The notes under the pieces were generated by a model that worked only from the letters and a program-made list of their open reading frames with translations, made no database searches and was not told the DNA's origin. From assembly GCA_049322655.1 (NCBI GenBank), contig JBMORP010000006.1, positions 128,410 to 192,409 of the forward strand: a stretch of 64,000 nt of DNA, written 5' to 3'. Within the stretch, counting starts at the first letter, position 1. Every line of letters starts with the position of its first letter. A program made the position numbers and the translations under genes. This DNA comes from Patescibacteria group bacterium (GTDB lineage: Bacteria > Patescibacteriota > Microgenomatia > UBA1400 > PJMF01). Below, piece after piece: positions 1 through 9,705 of this stretch.

Positions 1-482
1 TTTTGTTTTTCTTTTTTTAGATTTTTGCTTTTATTAATCATCATTGGTGGATAAAGTAACTTTTCCTCTTTTTTATTGATTAGATATGGAGATTTCCCCG
101 TGATGGCCCACATATCATGAAGTGTCCAGACAAGTTTTTTTTCTTTTGAAATTTTAATAATTGTTTCCAATTTAAAATAATTTCCATGGAGATTTTGCAA
201 ATGAACAATCTCAGTTTGTTTATACCAAGGATGATCTAATATTTCTTTTTCTAAGCCAAAAGAAAGATCGTTAGAAAGTAAAAAATTTCTGAGATGTGAA
301 TAATTTGTGTGCCAATTATTAAAAAATCCTTGAACGTAGTTTTTATTAGATTTTTTAGTTCTAACTAACCATTTCACAACATAACCTCTGTTTATTAGTT
401 CATGACCCAAAGCCCAACTTTGCTGAGCGGCTCCACCTATAGTGTCGGCTGTGCCAATGATTAAGATTGAAGGTTTTTTCAT
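1..482 (-). CDS. Glycosyltransferase family 4 (GT1/GT4 clan), N-terminal part; gene continues beyond the window start
   Basis: Minus-strand reading from ATG at 482 (MKKPSILIIGTADTIGGAAQQSWALGHELINRGYVVKWLV...HDMWAITGKSPY) has no stop down to position 1; N-terminal GT4-type Rossmann domain; ATGA overlap with the upstream gene stop. Confidence 0.55.
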   Translation of the reverse strand, partial: MKKPSILIIGTADTIGGAAQQSWALGHELINRGYVVKWLVRTKKSNKNYVQGFFNNWHTNYSHLRNFLLSNDLSFGLEKEILDHPWYKQTEIVHLQNLHGNYFKLETIIKISKEKKLVWTLHDMWAITGKSPYLINKKEEKLLYPPMMINKSKNLKKEKQ

Positions 483-1222
483 TTCTTTTCAGCCATTATA
501 TAAATAAATGGTGAAGTAAATTTACTATTAAAACCAGCTAGTTTAAAAATTTTACCAATTACATAGATACAATAAACTATTAATTTATGAAAAATAGATT
601 TATTGGACAAATCTTCTAGCCAGATACTGAGTCCACCATAATAATTAACTTCGGACTTTTTTGGTTTTAAAGTTTTTACTATTTTTCTCAGGTTTTGAAT
701 GTCCATACTTTTGAGATTATGGATATTTAAATTATTTGGGTCAAAAAATAATTGAACATGACCATTTAGTCCTAATAAATTGGGTAAAATAATCAACATC
801 ACTCCACCTTTGTTGGTTAACTGCCAATGTTTGTTAATTACCTCATCAAAATTATCGAAATGCTCAATAAATCCAGATGAAAAAACCACATCATATTTTT
901 TATTAGTTTTGAATTTAAAGAAATCCTGTTCATAAACAGTCAAATCATTTTTATTTAAACTATTTTTTTTAAGTAAATTAGTAATAATTTTTTTATCAAT
1001 GACAAAATCTAATAAGTAAGATTTGAAGCCAAGGTATTTATTGTAATAAACAGCAAAATATCCAGGAAAACCGCCAATCTCTAAAAAAGTTTTTAAATTT
1101 TTATTTTTGCTGTATTTATTAAATAGATCAGTGAATGGATAATTTTTTTTGATATTAATCACTAAGTTTTTAGTTTTCCAATATTTTAGCCAGAATGATT
1201 TAGTGGTAAGACTGCGGTTCAT
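479..1222 (-). CDS. Class I SAM-dependent methyltransferase
   Basis: Motif I-like LEIGGFPGYF, post-I acidic residue, 247 aa; sits in a glycan cluster. Confidence 0.55.
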   Translation of the reverse strand: MNRSLTTKSFWLKYWKTKNLVINIKKNYPFTDLFNKYSKNKNLKTFLEIGGFPGYFAVYYNKYLGFKSYLLDFVIDKKIITNLLKKNSLNKNDLTVYEQDFFKFKTNKKYDVVFSSGFIEHFDNFDEVINKHWQLTNKGGVMLIILPNLLGLNGHVQLFFDPNNLNIHNLKSMDIQNLRKIVKTLKPKKSEVNYYGGLSIWLEDLSNKSIFHKLIVYCIYVIGKIFKLAGFNSKFTSPFIYIMAEKK

Positions 1223-2136
1223 TGAATATATCTTACCAGAGCACCCAAAATAGTTCTCAACTTTATATATAAGTGTTTTTCTGTAAGAGCATCAAATTGT
1301 TCATTTTGTTTTATTTTACTTGGATGTTTAAGTGGAAAATTAATTTTGTTAGCTTTCAAGGAATTAACATTACTTTTATATTTAGTGTTAGTTGCTTGTT
1401 CACCAAAACCAATGTTTTTAACTAGGTTTTTAGCTGGAATAATGGTTAGTAGATTATGTTTAAAAGAACTGTAAGTCCAACGATATGCCCAAGAGTCAAT
1501 TTTTAATTTACTTACAGCAGTGAAAATCAAATACCAGTAATACTTAACTAATGGAGATGAATAATGGTGATTTTTCCAGACTTGTTGCCAATCAGTCATT
1601 TCATTATCAAATAACTTCCAAGCTCTTTTCCAAGTAGCCCAGCCCCATGAGTGCGGATATTGAGAAAAGTAGTAACTAGCTTGAGGAGTTTTTTTGTTAA
1701 ATAAAAAGTTATCGCCAGTAATGCTGCCAATGTGTTTATTATTTTTGTATTTAATTAGTAATTGTTCAGTAAATACAAAAAATGATGGATTGCTAACACA
1801 ATCATCTTCAAGAATTATGGCTGTTTCTTCTTTTTCAAAGACTTGGTTAAGACCAGAAACAATTCTGTTCCTAAGCCCCATGTTTCTGGAAGCATAAATT
1901 TTAATAACTTTAGCTGGCCAAGTAATATTTTGTTCAACTAGTTTTCTAGTTTCATCTGTGAGCTTTTTCTCTTGATTGTTTTTGGGTCCATCAGCCACTA
2001 AATATATTTTTTTAGGCTTTATCTCCCTGAGTGAAACAAAAGCTTGATCGACATAATCTGGTCTATTATAAAAAATAAAAACAATTGGTATTGAAAACTT
2101 TTTAGTTAATTTTGGCATAAGTTTTTCCCATGGCAA
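1219..2136 (-). CDS. GT-A fold glycosyltransferase (GT2-like)
   Basis: N-terminal FIFYNRPDY...LVADGP, acidic EDD motif (ILEDDCVSNPSFF), HSWGWATWKRAW segment typical of GT-A enzymes; family assignment uncertain. Confidence 0.45.
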   Translation of the reverse strand: MPWEKLMPKLTKKFSIPIVFIFYNRPDYVDQAFVSLREIKPKKIYLVADGPKNNQEKKLTDETRKLVEQNITWPAKVIKIYASRNMGLRNRIVSGLNQVFEKEETAIILEDDCVSNPSFFVFTEQLLIKYKNNKHIGSITGDNFLFNKKTPQASYYFSQYPHSWGWATWKRAWKLFDNEMTDWQQVWKNHHYSSPLVKYYWYLIFTAVSKLKIDSWAYRWTYSSFKHNLLTIIPAKNLVKNIGFGEQATNTKYKSNVNSLKANKINFPLKHPSKIKQNEQFDALTEKHLYIKLRTILGALVRYIQ

Positions 2137-2944
2137 AACTAACTAATAAAATTAGAGAAATAATTTTTTGAGCAAGATTTTGCTTAGTCGTTGGCTTTTT
2201 GATTGGTGATTTATTCGCAAATAATTTTGGATATTTATTTTGAATAAAAAAAGTTGATTGGCCTCTTCTAAAAGCATCTTGAATCAGCCAAATTAAATTA
2301 ATCTTTTTATCAGCTAAAAAATGACTAACTTTAATTTTTGGATCGTAATAAATGGGAATACCAGCTAAAGATAATCTAATTAGTAAATCTGTTTCTTCAC
2401 CATATGAAACTTTGTTACCGATCATACCCAATTTATTATTAAAACCGTTAATATCTTTTAGTAAAGATTTTTTAAAAATCATACTAGTTCCACTGAGCCA
2501 TTCAGAACCAATAATAAGTTTTTTTACAGTTTTACCATTGTTCATCGTTCCGTAACTCTCTGGGAACCAAAAAGGGATTTTTTTGTTACTATGCCTGGAA
2601 TATGAGCCTCCAAAAGCCTCTATTTTCGGTTCTTTTTTAATAAAATTAAGGATTGATCCAACAAAATTTGAGTCAGCAATTGAGTCATCATCTATATAGG
2701 CAACATATTTACCATTAGCTTTTTTCCAGCCAGTGTTTCTAGCAAATGATAGGCCAGTATTCTTTTCAAACAGATAGATTGTATTTTTAAAGTTACTAAC
2801 TATATTTTTGGCTGTTTTTTGTGGGTAATTATCAACCACGATTAATTCAGTATCTTTGGTTAATTGTTGGTGCAATGAAGCTAAGCACTTTTTTAGCAGT
2901 TGCGGCCGATTGTGAGTAGCGACGATGATTGAAAGGGTGATCAT
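2102..2944 (-). CDS. Glycosyltransferase family 2
   Basis: LSIIVATHNRPQLLKKCLASL...ELIVVDN...YIDDDS (DXD); the start may lie slightly downstream because it overlaps the neighbour by 35 nt. Confidence 0.75.
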   Translation of the reverse strand: MITLSIIVATHNRPQLLKKCLASLHQQLTKDTELIVVDNYPQKTAKNIVSNFKNTIYLFEKNTGLSFARNTGWKKANGKYVAYIDDDSIADSNFVGSILNFIKKEPKIEAFGGSYSRHSNKKIPFWFPESYGTMNNGKTVKKLIIGSEWLSGTSMIFKKSLLKDINGFNNKLGMIGNKVSYGEETDLLIRLSLAGIPIYYDPKIKVSHFLADKKINLIWLIQDAFRRGQSTFFIQNKYPKLFANKSPIKKPTTKQNLAQKIISLILLVSFAMGKTYAKIN

Positions 2945-3936
2945 TTTTTAAAAAATTTAGTTGTTAGTAAAAAGCAGATAGATAATAAAGTGAGGTCAAA
3001 GTGAATTATAGCTAATACTAAAATTAGTGGATTATTTTTATAATTCAAAGCTAACATTCCAGCCCAACGTTCTCCAATAATCTTAGTTAGTGATTTCTGT
3101 TCAAAGTATTTTGTTTTTAAATTCTGGAGCAAAATTAGTCTTAACCAGGTTGCTATCTCAGCAAATTCTTTAAAAGAAACATCTTTAGACCAACTGCTAA
3201 GTTTCTGGTGAATATTTTTGTATTCTTTATTTGGCTTAATACCTAGTTTATGTAGTTGGTATTTTCTAATTTTCCATGAACTTTCTTGTTGCTCATGACC
3301 ACTTTTTATAGGAGTTTGTTCTGAGTGAGTCCGGTAGTGAAGTAATATCTCAGGATAGTTCGTTATTTTTATTTTTTCTGCTGATTTAACCCATAAAGCA
3401 AAGTCTTCTGCATATTTATACTTAGGATCATAAGATAAATTATTAGTTACTAAATCTTTTTTTCTGATTATCACTGATGGGTGAGCTAGACATGATTCAA
3501 ACAGCATTCTGGCTCTAATTAGATTAGGATTAGTAATAGTTTCCCAAACATAGTTTTTATTACCAAAATTTTTAATCCATGAACCTAAGATAGCAATATC
3601 TTTATTTTTTTCTAAAAATTTCACTTGTTTAACAAATCTAGTTTTAACCGAGATATCATCAGCATCCATTCTAGCAATGTATTTACCACTAGCTTCTTTA
3701 AAACCCTCGTTAAGAGAATAGATTAGACCTTTATTGATTTTATGCTTGATGACTTTGATTCTTGAATCTTGATATTGGTTAATAATCTTTAAAGAATTAT
3801 CTGTGGAACCATCATCAACAATAATAAATTCAAAGTTTTCAAAAGTTTGGTCTAAAATGCTTTCAATAGCTTCTGAAAGATATTTTTCAGAGTTATAGAC
3901 AGGCATTACTACGCTAAGTAGTAAGTTTTTTTTCAT
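2941..3936 (-). CDS. Glycosyltransferase family 2
   Basis: LSVVMPVYNSEKYLSEAIESILDQT...FIIVDDGSTDNS...ARMDADD. Confidence 0.8.
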   Translation of the reverse strand: MKKNLLLSVVMPVYNSEKYLSEAIESILDQTFENFEFIIVDDGSTDNSLKIINQYQDSRIKVIKHKINKGLIYSLNEGFKEASGKYIARMDADDISVKTRFVKQVKFLEKNKDIAILGSWIKNFGNKNYVWETITNPNLIRARMLFESCLAHPSVIIRKKDLVTNNLSYDPKYKYAEDFALWVKSAEKIKITNYPEILLHYRTHSEQTPIKSGHEQQESSWKIRKYQLHKLGIKPNKEYKNIHQKLSSWSKDVSFKEFAEIATWLRLILLQNLKTKYFEQKSLTKIIGERWAGMLALNYKNNPLILVLAIIHFDLTLLSICFLLTTKFFKK

Positions 3937-4826
3937 GATCTAATTTTTATCCAATTATTAGGAATTATATCAGTGGTATTTGAGTTTTTATTTTTAAACC
4001 AAGGATCGGGGGCAACAACAATTTTATTTTTGTTTTGGTTCAACCAGGCTCCCCACCAGCTGAAAGAACTATTAGCAATAATATTGTGTTTACATAAACT
4101 CATTAGTCTCATGTCTTCAAAACTTTGTTTACCTTTGTTGTGGTCAACAAAAAGACTATTCTTAGGAACTGGTAGATTATCTTTACACCATTGTGGATCA
4201 TCAGAAAAAACCACAAATAAAGGCTTAGTTATTTTTTTAGCCAATAAATTAATTGCTTGTTTATAGTATGTTAAGGGAACTACCCCATGATAAGCATTCG
4301 TTAGTTTATTTGAGACATAGTCTCCCCGTCTAACGTGTAATGATATCGCTTGGTTTTTAATTATTTCTTTTATTATTTCTCTATTCTTTTTTGAAGTTTT
4401 TTTAGGAAAAGTAAAGTCTTCTAAAATTAGATTTCGATATTTTTTAAAGTACTTTTCTGTTTGCCAGTATCCATCTAATAAGTAATCACCTCTTAATCTG
4501 AGGATATTTGAATAAAAGTTGTGCCCATTCTCTTTGATCCAATTTGGTGGATAAGCATGCAACTTTAATTTTAAGTAATGGTTCAATAAAAGTTTGAGCT
4601 TATTTGGTTTTGTAAACTTTTCTAATAAATGTTTGTTTGCTGGGGTGGCTTTTATATTGTTGAAGGTATGAAGTTCATAGCTTCTAGGTGTATCAACTTC
4701 TTGCTGGTTGTCATACAGAGAGAGATCTAGAAAATAATCTGTTTTATTTAAGTAGCTAACTACTCTACCAACAGCATATTGAAACATTTGGTTACCAAGT
4801 CCTCCATTAAGGCGTGAAATTATCAT
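3933..4826 (-). CDS. Alpha-1,2-fucosyltransferase (GT11, FutC/WbsJ-like)
   Basis: GT11 hallmark motifs GGLGNQMFQYA near the N-terminus and HVRRGDY; 297 aa. Confidence 0.8.
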   Translation of the reverse strand: MIISRLNGGLGNQMFQYAVGRVVSYLNKTDYFLDLSLYDNQQEVDTPRSYELHTFNNIKATPANKHLLEKFTKPNKLKLLLNHYLKLKLHAYPPNWIKENGHNFYSNILRLRGDYLLDGYWQTEKYFKKYRNLILEDFTFPKKTSKKNREIIKEIIKNQAISLHVRRGDYVSNKLTNAYHGVVPLTYYKQAINLLAKKITKPLFVVFSDDPQWCKDNLPVPKNSLFVDHNKGKQSFEDMRLMSLCKHNIIANSSFSWWGAWLNQNKNKIVVAPDPWFKNKNSNTTDIIPNNWIKIRS

Positions 4827-5743
4827 TTTGTTAGTTTTCTGTAATTAATAGCTATTAAGTTATAAATTAGATAAAAAAATAGTAAATAGTATTTAGTGGT
4901 TAATTTTTTAGTTAAGTTAGGACCAAGTTCTTTTTTAACTAGATTCAAGATTTTAAAATTAGGAAATTCAATAATTAGTTGCTGGGCGACAATATTTAAA
5001 TAATATTTTAAAAATGAATTATTATCCAAAAGAGATTGGTACTTTTTTGCTAAACCTGTTATACCAAAAATAATTCTTTTTTTATCAGAGGACATATTGT
5101 TATTGTGTCTTCTAATTAAAACTAATGGCTCTTTTACTAGATCAACTAAGTATTTTTGACTAATTCTAAGCCACATTTCCCAGTCTTCAGCAGCAACAAG
5201 ATTTTCATCAAAGAGTCCAACTTGATCAAAACATTCTCTTCTTATTAAAACCCCACTACCACTAGCAGAAATTTTATTTCCTGAAGCTAATTCGGAATGA
5301 ATACGGCCTTTTAGGGTTTTAATTGTTTTAAAACTAGGATAATTAATTAATTTTTTTCCGTTTTGATCAATGTCTTCATAATCACAATATACTAAACCTA
5401 ATTGTTTGTTATTTTGTTTGTTAAATATGGCAAATTGTTTTTCTAATTTTTTACCCAGCCAAAGATCATCTGAATCTAAAAAAGCAATATATTCTCCTGT
5501 TGCTTTTTTAATACCAGTATTTCTAGAAGCGCTCAACCCTTTATTATTTTGATAAATATATTTAATTATTGGATATTTTTTACTAAATTCAGACACTATT
5601 TTTCGAGTTTGGTCAGTAGAACCATCATCAACAATAATAATTTCTTTTGGTGGCAATGACTGATTGAGAACAGAATCAATGCATTCACCGATGAAATCAG
5701 CATTGTTGAAAGTTGGAATAATAACACTTATTTTATTTTTCAT
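4823..5743 (-). CDS. Glycosyltransferase family 2
   Basis: ISVIIPTFNNADFIGECIDSVLNQ...IIIVDDGSTDQT...FLDSDDLW. Confidence 0.8.
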   Translation of the reverse strand: MKNKISVIIPTFNNADFIGECIDSVLNQSLPPKEIIIVDDGSTDQTRKIVSEFSKKYPIIKYIYQNNKGLSASRNTGIKKATGEYIAFLDSDDLWLGKKLEKQFAIFNKQNNKQLGLVYCDYEDIDQNGKKLINYPSFKTIKTLKGRIHSELASGNKISASGSGVLIRRECFDQVGLFDENLVAAEDWEMWLRISQKYLVDLVKEPLVLIRRHNNNMSSDKKRIIFGITGLAKKYQSLLDNNSFLKYYLNIVAQQLIIEFPNFKILNLVKKELGPNLTKKLTTKYYLLFFYLIYNLIAINYRKLTK

Positions 5744-6914
5744 TAACTAACTTTTTATAAAGAGATTCATATTTTTTACTTATTATTTTCCAATCGTATT
5801 TTGCTTTATTTTTACTAAATTCTTTTATTGAATTTCTTTTATCTGTTGGTAAGTTTTTAATAATTTTGTTAAGTTGAAAGGCAGCTGGTAATACTTTTAG
5901 TTTTGTTAATCCCTTTTTAATTTTTTGGGAAGCTAAAACATGTCCCAAGCCAGATTTTTTAACTAGAATTTTGATATTTCCAACATCTGTAGCAGCGAAT
6001 GGTAGTTTTGCCGCAATTGCCTCATAGATTACCAGTGGAGCACATTCTACATTGGATGGGAAAAAGAACAAATCAGCTTCAGAAAAAAGCGATATTGTTT
6101 CCTCTCTAGTGAGCTCTTTGACAAAAAGTTGTTTATGATCAATTTTTCTTAAAATAGAGTTATTAAATTTTTTCTCTGAATTTATACATTTTTTACTACA
6201 ATTTGAGGATTCGTTTTTAGCTACAATAATTAAAGACACTCTCTTGTGGGGCAATATGTTCAAAGTATTAATAGCTTCTCTATGTCCTTTCGCACCAGAA
6301 TGAGATCCTACTAATAAAAGAGTAAGATTACCTTTTCTGATACCAATTTTTTCTTTTATATTTAAACTTTTATTATTAAACTTAGCAAAATCAGCAGCAT
6401 TATTGATTTCAATTAAATTTTTAAGACCATGATTTTTAGCAAAAACATAATCTTGATAGTTTTTTGCCGGAAAAACTAAGGCATCATAGTTAGCCAACCA
6501 AGTTGGCATTTTAGTAAAGTAATCTTTATACTCCTTAATGTTTAATCCGGAGAAACCACAGGGAACAAAAATCTTTTTAGCTTTAATCTGAGTTAATTTA
6601 TCTATAATTGAATCGGTAGCCCATTGCTGAGCAGCATAGTTCATAACTACATCAAATTTAGAATTAACAACAAAATCAATATATTTTTTAACTTCTCCAT
6701 GTAAACCAAATGCTCTATTTCCAGAAATTTTAAATTCTTTTATTTTTACTCCGTTTAAAATTTTAAACTTTCTATCAGATAACTGTGTAGTAGCAACAGT
6801 AACATCATGTCCAATTTTAACTAAATGTTCACTGATTTGCTTAACAACTTCTTGAGCTCCTCCAACTGATGGGTCATAAAATTCTACTGTATGGAGTATT
6901 TTCATTTTTTTCAT
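5733..6914 (-). CDS. Glycosyltransferase family 4 (GT1 clan)
   Basis: N-terminal MKILHTVEFYDPSVGGAQEV; C-terminal E-X7-E region FFFPSNVECAPLVIYEAIAAKLP. Confidence 0.75.
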   Translation of the reverse strand: MKKMKILHTVEFYDPSVGGAQEVVKQISEHLVKIGHDVTVATTQLSDRKFKILNGVKIKEFKISGNRAFGLHGEVKKYIDFVVNSKFDVVMNYAAQQWATDSIIDKLTQIKAKKIFVPCGFSGLNIKEYKDYFTKMPTWLANYDALVFPAKNYQDYVFAKNHGLKNLIEINNAADFAKFNNKSLNIKEKIGIRKGNLTLLLVGSHSGAKGHREAINTLNILPHKRVSLIIVAKNESSNCSKKCINSEKKFNNSILRKIDHKQLFVKELTREETISLFSEADLFFFPSNVECAPLVIYEAIAAKLPFAATDVGNIKILVKKSGLGHVLASQKIKKGLTKLKVLPAAFQLNKIIKNLPTDKRNSIKEFSKNKAKYDWKIISKKYESLYKKLVNEK

Positions 6915-7672
6915 AATAATTTAAGTCCATTAATTAGAATGATAATTAAATTTTTTAAATATAATTTTTTTAGATTAAATAAAAATATTGAAATAAATAA
7001 ATTTAATTTTACTTTTTGTTGAGATAATGAATTATTTCTAATACTGTTACTAGGATCATCTCGATAAATAATTAGTGGTTGTGGCAGATAAACCATTTTT
7101 AAACCTAATGAAGCGATCTTTAACCATAAATCATAATCTTCGGTGGCTCTTAGATTTTTATTTTCATTAAATCTTAAATTTTTTATAATTTTTGTTTTTA
7201 CTAAAACTGAACTATTTATAACGACATTATTTTTTAAAAGATTATTTAAATTTAATTGATAAGTTTGACTAGTTGGAAAATATGTTTTGTTGGTTTTTAA
7301 AACTTGAGCATTAGTAGAAATAAAGTCGGCATTTTTAGTTTTAAGAGTGGCTAATTGAATTTTTAATTTATTTTTAAGCCATTGATCATCATCATCTAAA
7401 AAACTTACCAATGATCCGGTAGCTAATTTTAGTCCATGATTTCTTGTCACAGCTGGTAAGCCAGTGTGTTTATTTTTTAGATAAATAATTCTTTGATCTT
7501 TTTTTTGCAAACCTTTTACCAGATTCTCAGTTTCAATTTCAGAACCATCATCAGAAACAATTATTTCTAGGTGTTTATAGGTTTGAGTTTGAACACTAGA
7601 AATCGCCTTTTTTAAAAATTGAGGTCGATTATAGGTTGGAATAATGACTGAAATTTTTTCTATTTTGCCCAT
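6911..7672 (-). CDS. Glycosyltransferase family 2
   Basis: ISVIIPTYNRPQFLKKAISSVQTQ...IIVSDDGS...FLDDDDQW. Confidence 0.75.
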   Translation of the reverse strand: MGKIEKISVIIPTYNRPQFLKKAISSVQTQTYKHLEIIVSDDGSEIETENLVKGLQKKDQRIIYLKNKHTGLPAVTRNHGLKLATGSLVSFLDDDDQWLKNKLKIQLATLKTKNADFISTNAQVLKTNKTYFPTSQTYQLNLNNLLKNNVVINSSVLVKTKIIKNLRFNENKNLRATEDYDLWLKIASLGLKMVYLPQPLIIYRDDPSNSIRNNSLSQQKVKLNLFISIFLFNLKKLYLKNLIIILINGLKLL

Positions 7673-8310
7673 GTTTGATTAAGCTGCTTTTTAAAGTCTT
7701 TTAGCCAAGTTTTTAAAAGTCTTACTTCTGTCGGTGAATTATCAACAAGATATGTCTCAAGATATTTAGTAGCTATTTTGATTGCGGTAGTTTTCGTAAT
7801 TTTGTTATTGTTTTTTTGAGCAATTATTTCTACGTTACAAGTATCTTTATATTTAGTTTCATTTATTTTTAAAACGTCAAAACCACAATCATTAAATAGT
7901 TCTTTTAGATTATTTTTTGAGTACCCGTCAAAGTGAATCGCCCAAAATTGCTCTTGTGAGCCAAAAATGTGCCTAAGTGCTACGTTTTTTTGTCTTAATT
8001 TTGAAAATGGGCTTAAAACAACTTTTGCACACCTATTAAAATCAGGAACTTCAACTCTAACTATACCATCTTTAGTTAGCCAGGATCTCCATGATAGAAG
8101 CAAAGCAATAGCTTGTGCTCTGGAGAAATGTTCAAAAACATGATGAAGTCTGACTTCATTAATTGAATCATTTTTAAATTTTAATTTAGTAATATCTGCG
8201 TATTTATCTGCTACAGATTTAGTTTGGACAGTATGATTTTTACTAGGAAAATCAATATTTATATAACCATCGAAGTAAATTTCTCCACAGCCTAAATGTA
8301 ATTTAGTCAT
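7660..8310 (-). CDS. Class I SAM-dependent methyltransferase (small Methyltransf_11/23-like)
   Basis: LHLGCGEIYFDGYINIDF glycine-rich motif I followed by an acidic loop; 216 aa. Confidence 0.5.
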   Translation of the reverse strand: MTKLHLGCGEIYFDGYINIDFPSKNHTVQTKSVADKYADITKLKFKNDSINEVRLHHVFEHFSRAQAIALLLSWRSWLTKDGIVRVEVPDFNRCAKVVLSPFSKLRQKNVALRHIFGSQEQFWAIHFDGYSKNNLKELFNDCGFDVLKINETKYKDTCNVEIIAQKNNNKITKTTAIKIATKYLETYLVDNSPTEVRLLKTWLKDFKKQLNQTWAK

Positions 8311-9698
8311 ATTTTTATTTTTTCTAAAAAACTACTTATAAATTTGGGTTTTTTTGATTTTTCAATTTCATTAAACCATTTGTCAACTTTTTTTATATTT
8401 AAAATATTAGAAATAATTTTTTTATCTAGTTTATCTAAGTGAGGTAAAATAATGGTTATAGCCAGAAGTGACAAGTTGTTTTTTTTAGATTCTCTATTCC
8501 AATATGAGCTAGTTGAAACTCGATGAAAATAAAATGAATCTTTCAAAACATAAATTTTAAAATTTGAAGCTATTTGTCTAAAACCAAATCCCCAAGTATC
8601 TAGTGCTTGCACATCTTCTGGATATCTACCAGCTTTTAACCAACTATTTTTGGTATATAAATAATTTCCACTAGCTGATGGGTGTCTATAAGTAACGAAG
8701 AAATCATTTAAACCATAAGATTCTTTATTAAATTTCCATGAGTGAGTAATGTTATTTTTATTTTTTTGAAAAAATTTTAATTCAGCAAAAGAAATGGCTT
8801 CTCGATAATTATTGATTAATGATTTCTTTAATTTTTCTATGGATTTATTTGTCAAAATATTATCTGAATCTAAACAAAAAATAAGTGGATTTTTGGCATT
8901 TTCTACAGCGGTGTTTCTAGCTGCCCCACCACCCTTATTTATTTTATGTCTAAAAACTTTTAGATCTTTATTTTTCTTCTTTAAATTAGTGGCTAATTCT
9001 AGAGTTTTATCAGTTGACATATCATCAACAATGATGACCTCATCTCCATCTTCAAAGTTAGTAGAGTAAATGGAATTAACTGTTTCAACCAATGTATCTG
9101 CACAGTTAAATGCTGGAATAATAAAGCTAATATTTATTTTTTTCTTTTCTACCCACCAAACTCCACTTGGATAGTAATTTATTTTCCAATTAAACCTATT
9201 AAAAAATTCATCTACAGCTCTTTTTACACCAGTAAAATTAGGGTGATTGTAATCATGACCAGCTATTATGCCACCGACTTTTATTTTGTTAAACCAAAGA
9301 ACAATGTCATTCTTAACTCCATCATACGAATGGTCAGCATCGATATATATAAAATCAAGTTTATCTATTTTATTGACAGCCTTTGCAGAAGTTAATCTTA
9401 ATAATTTACTTCTGTTTTTAAATTTAGCTAATCTTTCTTTAGTAAATTTATAAAGTTGGTCAAATTTCTTTTGCGAAATATTCATCGGATCATCATATGA
9501 TTCAAAATTTTTATATGGATCAATTGAAAATAAAAAAGCTTTAGTTTTTTCTAAAATTTTTTCAGAGTGTCCACCATAGGCAACTCCAACTTCAGCTCCA
9601 ACTTTAAGTTGCTTTTTATTCACTACTTTCCAAAGAACATCATATGATTTGGACCACTCTTTTTCAGCTATTTGGCTTTTTTCTTTAATTGTTTGCAT
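8307..9698 (-). CDS. Bifunctional methyltransferase (TylF/MycF-like, N-terminal) plus GT2 glycosyltransferase (C-terminal)
   Basis: N-terminal half VGVAYGGHSE...YIDADHSYDGVKND...GGIIAGHDY (macrocin-O-MT-like); C-terminal half ISFIIPAFNCADTLVETVNSI...VIIVDDMSTDKT...CLDSDN (GT2). Confidence 0.65.
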   Translation of the reverse strand: MQTIKEKSQIAEKEWSKSYDVLWKVVNKKQLKVGAEVGVAYGGHSEKILEKTKAFLFSIDPYKNFESYDDPMNISQKKFDQLYKFTKERLAKFKNRSKLLRLTSAKAVNKIDKLDFIYIDADHSYDGVKNDIVLWFNKIKVGGIIAGHDYNHPNFTGVKRAVDEFFNRFNWKINYYPSGVWWVEKKKINISFIIPAFNCADTLVETVNSIYSTNFEDGDEVIIVDDMSTDKTLELATNLKKKNKDLKVFRHKINKGGGAARNTAVENAKNPLIFCLDSDNILTNKSIEKLKKSLINNYREAISFAELKFFQKNKNNITHSWKFNKESYGLNDFFVTYRHPSASGNYLYTKNSWLKAGRYPEDVQALDTWGFGFRQIASNFKIYVLKDSFYFHRVSTSSYWNRESKKNNLSLLAITIILPHLDKLDKKIISNILNIKKVDKWFNEIEKSKKPKFISSFLEKIKI

Positions 9699-9705
9699 AA
9701 AATTG

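Noticed and set aside
1694-1897. Short plus-strand ORFs nested antisense inside minus-strand genes: 1694-1897, 2352-2555, 3973-4266, 8812-9069, 9268-9453, 12029-12214, 14105-14368, 14674-14907, 15253-15471, 16317-16502, 17680-17868, 20945-21136, 21856-22464 (several), 22653-22841, 23428-23706, 24125-24367, 26412-26896, 27200-27388, 28483-28710, 30610-31538, 31802-32164, 33929-34129, 38609-38842, 39519-39734, 42707-42892, 46178-46609, 47529-47828, 49168-49350, 54048-54583, 55475-56423, 58057-58266, 58945-59127, 59483-59668, 62801-63052
   Set aside because: Each lies wholly within a longer ORF on the other strand or frame that has clear family motifs. They have low-complexity or odd composition and no motifs. 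These are typical shadow ORFs.
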